A DNA stretch of 32,000 nucleotides, from positions 1,710,001 through 1,742,000 of the forward strand of contig LT962688.1 in NCBI GenBank assembly GCA_900234795.1, given 5' to 3'. Numbering within the stretch: the first letter of the stretch is position 1; the number at the start of each line of letters is the position of its first letter. Under the pieces are notes generated by a model. That model was given only the letters and a program-made list of their open reading frames with translations. It did not search any database and had not been told where the DNA came from. The stretch is from Methylorubrum extorquens. GTDB lineage: Bacteria > Pseudomonadota > Alphaproteobacteria > Rhizobiales > Beijerinckiaceae. Positions 1 to 7,900 of the stretch are shown here, piece by piece. The position numbers and the translations under genes were made by a program.

Positions 1-42
1 GGAGGTAGAGGCCGCCGTCTCCAGCAGCCCCCGGTCCTCAGC

Positions 43-327
43 TCAACGGCCTCCGCTCGACCCGGACGAAGAGCCTCCGCCCTCGCCCTTGAAGCCGGCC
101 GCGTTGGGCGAGCCCTGCATGCGCCCGTCCTGCTTCTTCATCTCTTGGCCCGGTGCGGTGCTCGATGCGCCCGGTCCCGTCGTCCCGGTGGTATCCTTCT
201 TGTCGAACCCGGCAGCGTTCGGTGAGCCCTGCATACGGCCTTCACCCTTTCCCGAGCTGTCGCCTGCCCACGCGGCGGTGCTCATCGCCAGCATGCCGGC
301 TGCAATGACCAAGGCGGTGTTTCGCAT
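43..327 (-). CDS. small secreted Gly/Ser-rich protein with two GRMQGSPNAAGF repeats
   Basis: ORF 43..405(-). The internal ATG at 327 follows GGAG (334-337) with a 6-nt spacer. MRNTALVIAAGMLAMSTAAWA looks like a Sec signal peptide. The 12-aa motif occurs twice. Confidence 0.6.
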   Translation of the reverse strand: MRNTALVIAAGMLAMSTAAWAGDSSGKGEGRMQGSPNAAGFDKKDTTGTTGPGASSTAPGQEMKKQDGRMQGSPNAAGFKGEGGGSSSGSSGGR

Positions 328-417
328 AGCCATCTCCTGATGCGTTTCCTCGCCGCCATCTTCCGAGCGGCTTCGAGTAACCTCGGGCGGATGGCTGGCG
401 TTCATCGCGGAGCCGGC

Positions 418-498
418 GTTCCATTAGGGCAAGCTCCTGCGGAACGTTCCACGATGTCACCGGAGCGGTTCCAAAAGAATGGTATTGCATTTCGGAAC
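418..498. promoter_or_regulatory. cluster of GGAAC/GTTCC half-sites including the perfect palindrome GGAACGTTCC
   Basis: GTTCC at 418-422, GGAACGTTCC at 441-450, GTTCC at 468-472, GGAAC at 494-498. All lie upstream of the minus-strand gene 43..327. Confidence 0.3.
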
Positions 499-513
499 GG
501 CTGATGGTTCTAT

Positions 514-537
514 TGATCTGCCCCCACCGGGTGGTCC
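514..537. repeat. IS left terminal inverted repeat
   Basis: TGATCTGCCCCCACCGGGTGGTCC matches the reverse complement of 1771-1795 with 2 mismatches and a 1-nt indel. Confidence 0.8.
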
Positions 538-547
538 AGGCATAGAG

Positions 548-1732
548 TTAGTGCACGGTTGGCCTTTGCTCCACGGGTCGCTTGGCCGGCGGAGCCGGTG
601 GGGTGAGCGCAGCCGGCCAAGCGGTGAACGCGGGTAAGAAGACCTCTGGCGCGGGCGGCCGATAGCCGAGTGCGCCATGCGGGCGGACGGTGTTGTAGTG
701 CCGCTGCCAGCTCTCGATCAGGATCTGCGCCTCCCGCAAGCTATAGAAGATCTCTCCGTCCAGCAGTTCGTCGCGTAGCCGTGCGTTGAAGCTTTCGACG
801 AAGCCATTTTCCCAGGGCGATCCTGGCGCGATGTAGGCCGTCTTCGCGCCCACCCCCATGATCCAAGCCTGCACGCTCTTGGCCACGAACTCAGGGCCAT
901 TGTCCGAGCGAACATGCTCGGGCACGCCGCGCAGTATGAACAGGTCGGACAAGACGTCGATCACGTCGACTGCCTTGAGCTTGCGTGCGACCCGGATCGC
1001 CAAGCACTCGCGGGTGAACTCGTCAATCACGTTGAGCATGCGCACCTTCCGGCCATCGTGGGTGCGCGCTTCGACGAAGTCGTAGGACCAGACGTGGTCG
1101 CGCCGCTCAGGCCGCAGCCGCAAGCAGGAGCCGTCGTTGTCCCAGAGGCGCCCGCGCTTGGGTTGGCGGGTCGGCACCTTCAGCCCTTCACGCCGCCAAA
1201 TCCGCTCGACGCGCTTGTCGTTGACGAACCAGCCGGCGGCCTTCAGCAGCGCGCAGATCTTGCGGTAACCGTAGCGGCCATACCGCTCGGCCAACGCGAC
1301 GAGGTCGGCGGTGAGCGCGGCCTCATCCTCCCGGCCCCGCGGCACCTTGCGCTGCGTCGAGCGATGCTGACCGAGCGCCCGGCAGGTGCGCCGCTCGGAG
1401 ACGTTCATCGTCAGCATGATGTGCTCGACACAGGCGCGTCGGCGCGCGGGGCTCAGAAGTTTCCCCCGTGCCGCCTCCTGCAGGATGAGCTTGTCGAGCG
1501 TCAGGTCTGCAATCGCCTTCCTGAGCCGCTGGTTCTCCGTCTCCAGGTCCTTCATGCGCCGGACCTGATCGGTCTTCAGCCCGCCGAACTCACGACGCCA
1601 GCGGTAGTAGGTAACCTCGCTCACGCCGATCGCCCGGATTGCCTCCGCCACGCTCGTACCTTGACCGATCAGCACGTCGGCTTGGCGCAGCTTCGCGACA
1701 ATCTCCTCAGGCTTGGGTCGCTTCCTCGACAT
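548..1732 (-). CDS. IS3-family transposase (HTH plus rve/DDE), read as one fused ORF
   Basis: ATG at 1732 preceded by AGGAGGA. N-terminal HTH region (EIVAKLRQADVL...VTYYRWRREFGG) with a leucine-zipper-like stretch. DDE-type motifs: HVWSYDF, VRSDNGPEF, PWENGFVESFN. Confidence 0.9.
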   Translation of the reverse strand: MSRKRPKPEEIVAKLRQADVLIGQGTSVAEAIRAIGVSEVTYYRWRREFGGLKTDQVRRMKDLETENQRLRKAIADLTLDKLILQEAARGKLLSPARRRACVEHIMLTMNVSERRTCRALGQHRSTQRKVPRGREDEAALTADLVALAERYGRYGYRKICALLKAAGWFVNDKRVERIWRREGLKVPTRQPKRGRLWDNDGSCLRLRPERRDHVWSYDFVEARTHDGRKVRMLNVIDEFTRECLAIRVARKLKAVDVIDVLSDLFILRGVPEHVRSDNGPEFVAKSVQAWIMGVGAKTAYIAPGSPWENGFVESFNARLRDELLDGEIFYSLREAQILIESWQRHYNTVRPHGALGYRPPAPEVFLPAFTAWPAALTPPAPPAKRPVEQRPTVH

Positions 1733-1770
1733 CGATCCGTCCTCCTGGCTCGAAAGCCATACTAAAGGGC

Positions 1771-1795
1771 GGACCACTCCGCTGGGGGCGGATCA
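1771..1795. repeat. IS right terminal inverted repeat
   Basis: GGACCACTCCGCTGGGGGCGGATCA. Confidence 0.8.
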
Positions 1796-2095
1796 ATGCG
1801 CCGGAGCGGCGGGCTGCGCGGCTACGACAGCGGCGGGATCGTTGGCCGCGACGCCTTCACGAGGCCAAGCGCGGCTGCGATGCGTCCGGCCAACGGCAAT
1901 GGGGTGCCGAGCATCAACTTCATCGACCAGCGTCCGGCCGGATCACCTGAGATGGAGCCGGCTGTAAAGCGCCGCTCGGATGGCAGCCTTGATGTGATCG
2001 TGCGCACTGTCGAGGGACGCATGGGCCAGCGTGCTGCCGGTGGTCAGGGCCCCTTCAAGCAGGCGGCGGGCGGTGCCGGCTATCGGAACGGCTGA
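1796..2095 (+). pseudogene. C-terminal fragment of a lambda-type tail tape-measure protein
   Basis: A 99-codon ORF starts exactly at the IS end. It lies immediately upstream of the gpM/L/K/I-J-like genes. The tail ...SLDVIVRTVEGRMGQRAAGGQGPFKQA resembles tape-measure C-termini (from memory). Confidence 0.5.
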
Positions 2096-2474
2096 CGCAT
2101 GGCACTCCCCCTCATGGCCTGAAGGCTTGCCCGAGCTGCGCGGCATGGCCTCGTCCGGCGGCACGCGCAGCCTTCACCCGGCGGCGCAGGAAACGCAGTT
2201 CGACGACGGGCCGTCGCGCCGCCGTCGTCGGCAGCTCTTCATCACGACCCCGCTGAGCATGTCGCTGCGGCTGACGCCCGAGCAGTTCGTGATCTTCAAG
2301 GCGTTCCACCTCAACGACCTGAACACGGGCGCGCGCCGCTTCACCGCGCCCGTGTTGCTGCCGGACATGAGCATCGGCCAGCGGATCTGTTCCATCGAGG
2401 GCGAGGTCTCATGGTCGGCGCCACAGCGGTCTCGGTACGTCGTGACCTTCACCCTCGTCGTTCAGGATTGGTGA
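2031..2474 (+). CDS. phage minor tail protein (gpM position)
   Basis: Synteny. The motif WPEGLPE...RRRRRQ...LTPEQFVIFKAFH resembles small tail proteins of alphaproteobacterial siphophages (from memory). Start is uncertain: GTG 2031 or 2040, or ATG 2145. Confidence 0.6.
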   Translation: MLPVVRAPSSRRRAVPAIGTADAWHSPSWPEGLPELRGMASSGGTRSLHPAAQETQFDDGPSRRRRRQLFITTPLSMSLRLTPEQFVIFKAFHLNDLNTGARRFTAPVLLPDMSIGQRICSIEGEVSWSAPQRSRYVVTFTLVVQDW

Positions 2475-2478
2475 CCCC

Positions 2479-3027
2479 ATGACGGTGAGTGCAGCCCTCC
2501 GCGAGACCTACGCTTCCGGCGACGACGAATGCGTGGTGGTCGAGACGCTTGAGGTGGATCACGCCTCGCTCGACGGCCCGATCCGGCTGGTTCGGAATGT
2601 CGACAGCGAACTCGGCGAACCCGGCGAGACCCTGAACCTGCCGATCGTCACGGGTGGCCCGCGTGTGCCGCACCTGTTCTGCGCCTTCGAACTGATCGCC
2701 CCCGGTGCCGACAGCGACGGTCCAACTGAGGGCAAGATCCGCATGGACAACGTGTCGGACCTTTTCCACGAGTTGCTGAAGGGCGCCATCGGCTACGACG
2801 CGGCCATCCGGGTCACGATCCGGTTCTACCGCGTGTTGCCGGGGCGGCTCGACGAGGTGGCCGGCCCCGACGACGACAGCTTCACCGGCTTGGAGATGAC
2901 GGCGGTGGAGATCTCCGCCGACAGCGCCGAGGGTACGATCGCTTGGCCCGACGGCCGGCAGCAGAACGTGCCGAGCGGCCCCGACGCCTTCTTCGATCGC
3001 AGCAGCTACCCGGCCCTGTTCACGTGA
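2479..3027 (+). CDS. phage minor tail protein (gpL position, DUF1833-like)
   Basis: ATG lies 4 nt after the upstream stop. Placement is by synteny. The family call is from memory only. Confidence 0.65.
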   Translation: MTVSAALRETYASGDDECVVVETLEVDHASLDGPIRLVRNVDSELGEPGETLNLPIVTGGPRVPHLFCAFELIAPGADSDGPTEGKIRMDNVSDLFHELLKGAIGYDAAIRVTIRFYRVLPGRLDEVAGPDDDSFTGLEMTAVEISADSAEGTIAWPDGRQQNVPSGPDAFFDRSSYPALFT

Positions 3028-3059
3028 GCGCGCAAGAGCGTTGATAAGCGACAACGGCC

Positions 3060-3079
3060 CGATGCGCGTTCCCGCATCG
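3060..3079. terminator. 7-bp hairpin between convergent genes
   Basis: CGATGCG-CGTTCC-CGCATCG lies between the stop of 2479..3027(+) and the stop of 3104..3319(-). The U-tract is weak. Confidence 0.3.
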
Positions 3080-3103
3080 AGCCGCCAAATGAAGAAACGT
3101 CTA

Positions 3104-3319
3104 CTATTCCGCGCCCTTCTTTGCGTTGTTCTCTTTGCTTTTCTGCATATGGGCTCGCCTATTCTCTTCGAACTCATCTGCAGCAGCTTGGGACTTTCCG
3201 CTGCTGGTCGCCGCCTTCGATTTGTCAGGCTTTGCACTTTCAGCCTGGGAAATCGTCGGAATGGTCAACGCGCTGACGGAAACCGTAGCGGCAAGCAACA
3301 GCTTCATGATCTGCATCAT
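3104..3319 (-). CDS. small secreted Lys-rich protein (antisense moron)
   Basis: GGAAG lies 6 nt upstream of the ATG at 3319. Signal-peptide-like MKLLLAATVSVSALTIPTISQA. Local sequence is AT-richer. Confidence 0.5.
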   Translation of the reverse strand: MMQIMKLLLAATVSVSALTIPTISQAESAKPDKSKAATSSGKSQAAADEFEENRRAHMQKSKENNAKKGAE

Positions 3320-3482
3320 CGTTCACTTCCTGCATTATTGGGAAAACTATAATGCAGGATTCAGAGGAGCAAGCAACGCTTATGCGCTCATTGCTTAATT
3401 CTTAAATTGAACTCAGGTCTTCCGAATGGTCCTGGCTGACAGCAACAAAAGCCACTCCTACCTCATGCATTTGCAGGAACCT

Positions 3483-3962
3483 ATGGCTGTGACGCTCTCT
3501 GACATCGAGGTCATTAGCTGTAGCGCGCATCAACGGGTTGCCTCAGGCGCAATCCAGCGATTGATGAATGGTCGCACCGCATTCATCCGCCAGTGGCGCG
3601 GGACGCCCTACGACAAGGTCGAGCGGAACTGCTGGTGGCTCGCCTCCCTGGCGCAAGCCGAACTGTTCGGCCGCGCGCTGCCGGCAGCCGACCCGGCCCT
3701 CGTGGCGGACCTCCGCGCCCGCGCCGAGGCAATGGCGACGCACCCCGCCCGAGCGGAGTGGCGCGAGATCCCGGCACCCGAGGATGGCGCTCTCGTGCTG
3801 ATGGGCAAGGTCGCTGGGGCCGAGACCCATTGCGGCGTCTACCTCGCCCAGGACGGCGGGCTGATCCTGCACACCGACGAACGGCACGGCGTCGTGCTCG
3901 ACCCGCCGCTCGAACTCGCCGCCGCCCGGCGCTGGCGGCTCACGTACCTGATTCCGGCCTGA
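3483..3962 (+). CDS. NlpC/P60-like tail protein (gpK position)
   Basis: Candidate catalytic Cys in ERNCWWLAS and His in ETHCGVY. Placement is by synteny. Longest ORF starts at 3426. Confidence 0.7.
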   Translation: MAVTLSDIEVISCSAHQRVASGAIQRLMNGRTAFIRQWRGTPYDKVERNCWWLASLAQAELFGRALPAADPALVADLRARAEAMATHPARAEWREIPAPEDGALVLMGKVAGAETHCGVYLAQDGGLILHTDERHGVVLDPPLELAAARRWRLTYLIPA

Positions 3963-3989
3963 GCAGAGACGTGATGATGGTTGCATGCG

Positions 3990-4361
3990 CTAATCGCGTG
4001 AGCGGTAGCTCCGACGTGCGCCAATGCGATGGTAGTCAGCTGGAGCTGTGGTCGCTTCGTCCTGTTTAGATACCGCCTGCTTTGGCGCAGGGAGCTTGCC
4101 GATTTTTAATATTGTCAGCCCAACGAAGTGGCCGCGCCGCCAAGCTTGCTGAACGTTGAATATCAGATCTCGGCCGACCACCCGAATGTTAAATGTATCA
4201 GGTATAGATACATCTGAAGGCAGCACCACTTTCATGCCCGATGCAGAAACATCCTTTATCGAGCAAGGTACCTTTGCTCCGCTTGGCAAACGTATGATTG
4301 AAATCCAATTCACATCTGTCCGCTCGGAGGTGCGATTTTGAATATCTGGCATGGTCGCCAC
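3990..4361 (-). CDS. single-domain PilZ protein (predicted c-di-GMP receptor)
   Basis: RxxxR (R10-TSE-R14) and DxSxxG (D37-VSAS-G42) are 23 residues apart. C-terminal WRRGHFVGL is typical of PilZ barrels. Starts at GTG 4361 or ATG 4352. Confidence 0.75.
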   Translation of the reverse strand: MATMPDIQNRTSERTDVNWISIIRLPSGAKVPCSIKDVSASGMKVVLPSDVSIPDTFNIRVVGRDLIFNVQQAWRRGHFVGLTILKIGKLPAPKQAVSKQDEATTAPADYHRIGARRSYRSRD

Positions 4362-4395
4362 GCAATGAGGTTTTACCCAATTAAATATCGTGCCA

Positions 4396-4599
4396 CTAAT
4401 TCTGAGTTAATGCGCGCAATTCGAGATTTCTGGATCGATAGATGCAGTAAACACTCCTTTTGCATGGTTGGATACAATCATAGTTCCCATCGGGTTCGTT
4501 GGCACCTCCGATGGTGAGCGGGCCGGGTGATCCGCACAAAGGTTCCCAGCCCGCATCCTTCTCACAGCATGTCCGCAAGTTGAGAGCCTTGCAGATCAA
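4396..4599 (-). CDS. doubtful Cys-rich ORF (7 Cys in 67 aa)
   Basis: The only start is a TTG overlapping the upstream stop (TTGA). No SD sequence. Possibly non-coding. Confidence 0.2.
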   Translation of the reverse strand: MICKALNLRTCCEKDAGWEPLCGSPGPLTIGGANEPDGNYDCIQPCKRSVYCIYRSRNLELRALTQN

Positions 4600-4871
4600 T
4601 CCTGCCCTTGCTGTTGCTCTGGGGTCATGCTTTCGAGTGTCTCGAGTGCCTCGCGAAGTGCGGCCTTCGCAGCGCCGATCCCAACCTGCCTCAGGTCAGC
4701 TTCGGTTTGGTCGCCCGGCGCTCCAATTGGCACCTGTATTCTTATTTCGGTGTGCCGCAACTTGCCCGCAACGTAATCGTCGCTCGTTTTAAAGAGCACA
4801 ACTGCGGCGCTGTCCCTCAGCAAATCCAAGGTCAGCGCATCCAAAGTCATCTGTGGCATCGGCTTTTCCAT
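4596..4871 (-). CDS. hypothetical 91-aa protein (cargo)
   Basis: ATG at 4871. Coding-like composition. The hairpin AGTAAG-TTTT-CTTACT (4873-4888) abuts the start. Confidence 0.55.
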   Translation of the reverse strand: MEKPMPQMTLDALTLDLLRDSAAVVLFKTSDDYVAGKLRHTEIRIQVPIGAPGDQTEADLRQVGIGAAKAALREALETLESMTPEQQQGQD

Positions 4872-4907
4872 CAGTAAGTTTTCTTACTCAGATGGTGAAC
4901 GGGCCGC

Positions 4908-7900
4908 GTGATGAGCACAAGTCTCCTCGCCCCACATAAATTTCGTCATCGAGTCTCAATGACCCTCGTCGTCACTGCGAACATCGCCGGGCAGACCCGC
5001 GGCGAGCCCGTGCGGCTGCCTGATCGGCGCCGCCGCCGGCTCTCCACGATCATCGCGCGCCACAAGCCGCCGGCCGGCCGCCGCTTCATCGTTTCGGTGC
5101 ACCGGAAGGGCGAAACCTTCCTGCGGCCGACGGATGGCTCTGTGCGCCTGCGCGCGAGGTGGTCCCGCACGCTGGTCGGGCCCGACGACGTGGTGCTCAT
5201 GACGGAGGTTCCGCTCGGCCGCGGCATCGCCTCCATTGGCCTCGCCATCGCGTCGATTGCGCTGATCGCCGTGGCGCCTTACGCCGCGCCGGCCCTTGCC
5301 GGGGTGCTGGGCGGTGCGGTCTCGGTCGGCGCCGTGCAGGCTGGCCTCGTCATCGGTGGCGTGGCGCTTGGCTACGCCGCGCAGGCCTCGGCTGCGGCGA
5401 AGAAGAAGACCGAGCGCAGCCTGTTCAGCGTCACCGGCGGCGGCAACGTGCCGAAGCCCGGCGCGCGCAAGCCGCTGCTCTACGGCCGGTGCTGGTCCAC
5501 CCCGCCGCTCAGCCAAAAGGACTTCATCACCTACGACGGCGACACGATGGTGCTCACCAAGCGCATGACGCTTGGCATCGGCCGGTTTCAGATCCACGCC
5601 GTGCATGTTGGCGAGGCGGTGTTCTGGACCGAGGGCGGTGGCATCCAGGCGCCCTTCACCTCGACCGATGGCACGTTCGGGACGCAGATCGAGTTCCTGT
5701 ACGGCCAGCCCTCGGCCATCGCGCCGGGCGACGTAATCTCGTCGCCGTCCGTCGGCGGGCAGGAGATGCCGCGGCCGAACGGCAATCCCGAATGGACGCC
5801 GTGGTTCCGGCTGACCCCGCAGGGTGTCACGGCCGACGCCGCGCAGATGTCGTGGACCTATCCGGCGATCTACCGGGTGTCGTCGCAGGGCCGGCAGGCG
5901 CCGACCGTGGCCGGTGTCATCTTCCAGGCGCGCGAGATCAACCCGAACACGGGAGAGGTGATCGGGCCGGAGTTCGTGCTGCACAACTCCAGCGAGGGCG
6001 TGACCGCGCTGACCACCACGCCGCTGCGCCGCTCGGCCTACGTTCGGCTGCCGAAGAACGGCGCCTTTCAGGTGCGGGCACAGAATGCATGGCCCGAGGC
6101 GGTCGGGTTCGAGCAGAAGAACGCCGCCTCGTGGGACGAGATGGCAGCGATCAAGGACGATGTCCGGGTCCGCCCGAACACCACCGAGATCGTCATGCGG
6201 GTGCGGGCCGGGAAGGGCCTGACCGTCACCGCCTTCTCCGAGATCTGGGTCGACGCCACCCGCATCTTGTCGGTGTGGAACGGCTCGGCCTGGGTCGAGC
6301 AGGCAGAGCGCAAGGCGGTTTGGGCCTTCGCCGACCTCGTGCGGTCGCAGCACGGCCTCGCCCTGCCGAACGGCTTCGACGCGGACAAGGCCATCTACTA
6401 CCACCACCTGCTCGACGCGAACGACACCTTCGATGGTGCGCTGCCCGAGGTGTCATCGTTCTGGGAAGCGGCGTCCGAGGTGCTGTTGCCGCTGCGCGCT
6501 GACCCGGTGAAGGTCGGGCCTGTCCACTCCTTCGTCCGCGACGAGAGCCGCGGCGAGCCGCGCCACATCCTCTCTCGCCGGCAGATCGTCCGCGACAGCG
6601 GGGGCGCGACCTTCAAGACGAAGGTCGAGGGCGGCGACGTCATCGTCGAGTTCGACCGCGACGGCGACCCGCGCCGGCCGGATGAGGTGCGGTTCCACTA
6701 CGGCCCGGCCACCCGTACGCCGAAGCGCTACCGGGTGAACGGCATCCGCGACGGCCTGCACGCGCTGAAGCACGCGACGTGGCTAGCGGCGGTGGCCGTG
6801 TTCCGCGGCGCCGAGCGGCGCATCACCACCGAATGGGACGGGCGCCTCGTCTTCCCCGGCGATCACGTCCTGTCGGATCTCTGGTATCTGAAGGGAAAGC
6901 GGACCTTCGGTGTCGCTTCTGCGGCCGGCAACATGCTGACGCTGGACGTCACCGCCAATGTGCCGGCCGAGTGGGGCTACGGCTCCATCCGGACCCGCGA
7001 AGGTCGGGAATGGGGCATCCTGCGGATGCGCGGCGTCGGCGCCCGCGGCCTGGAACTGCGTCCCGAGGACGTGACGGCGCTCGAGGCTCGGGTCCATCAG
7101 ACGCCGAACGGCCCGATCCGCCTCCGGCTGGCCGATGTGCTGGCCCGCGACACGCAGGGCCCAACCACCATCGTCATCGGCGACCTCGTCGAACTGCAGG
7201 AGACCTACGTCGCTCGCTCGGCCGTCCCGAGCGATGCCGACCACGTCCAGATCGAGATGGTGGCCGACGACGCGCGCGTCTGGCAGCTGCTCGACGAGCA
7301 GGTCATCGCGCCGGCCCCGGTCAACGCCGACGGCCTCGCTGAACCGCTGATCCCGCAGATCTCAGTACTGCACGCCCGGTGTGAGCGGATCGAGACCGGC
7401 ATCGAAGTCGTGTGGGGCGTGTCCGTCACCCGCGGCGCCCGCAACTACGAGGCCGACATCTCCTACGATTCCGGAGGCACCTGGGAGCCCTTGTCGCCCT
7501 ATGGCCCGGCTTCGAGCGGCCGGGCGCAGATGCGGCAGTCCGATAAGCCGGTGACGGTCCGCGCACGCGCCTTCGGGCGCACCGGCCTGCCGGGCGACTA
7601 TGTGGACACCACGTTCACGACGGTTGCGCCGATCGTCCAGGGCAGCCTTGTCGACGTCTCAACGATCCCGCCCATCCCCTACGAGAAGCTTGGTCAGGAC
7701 GCGCAGGAAAGGATCGTCGCAGCCCAAGCCGCGGCCGATGCGGCGCAGGAAGCCGCCGACGCCGCGAGCCAAGAAGCGGCCAGCGCCCTCGCCAGCGCCT
7801 ATGGCCGTCTCGACGACCTGCGCCGTGCGCTCGCTGCGGACCCGTCCGTGCGGATCGGGTTCGTCGATGCCGTCATGGGCAACGTCCGCAAGGACATCTC

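Larger units (their letters stand above)
514..1795 (-). mobile_element. IS3-family insertion sequence (TG...CA ends)
   Basis: Imperfect terminal inverted repeats bracket a single DDE transposase ORF. Length is about 1.28 kb. Confidence 0.85.
3978..4906 (-). other. inserted AT-richer cargo cassette antisense to the tail operon
   Basis: Bounded by exact 8-bp direct repeats CGTGATGA (3970-3977 and 4907-4914). Composition drops visibly. Confidence 0.6.

Noticed and set aside
441-498. An EcfG/ECF-type promoter (GGAAC-N16-17-CGTT) for gene 43..327.
   Set aside because: The spacing fails for every GGAAC on the coding strand, so no promoter is called. Only the motif cluster is reported.
4956-6407. 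Long ORFs antisense to or out of frame with real genes. Examples: 4956..6407(-), 5159..6502(+), 8099..8887(-), 8757..9482(-), 22659..24134(+), 23360..24364(+), 24455..26029(+), 26102..27298(+), 27535..28437(-), 30205..31530(-), 30408..31697(+).
   Set aside because: These are typical high-GC artefacts. The translations are Arg/Ala/Pro/Gly-rich and low in complexity, with no motifs. Each overlaps a gene that has clear family signatures on the other frame or strand.
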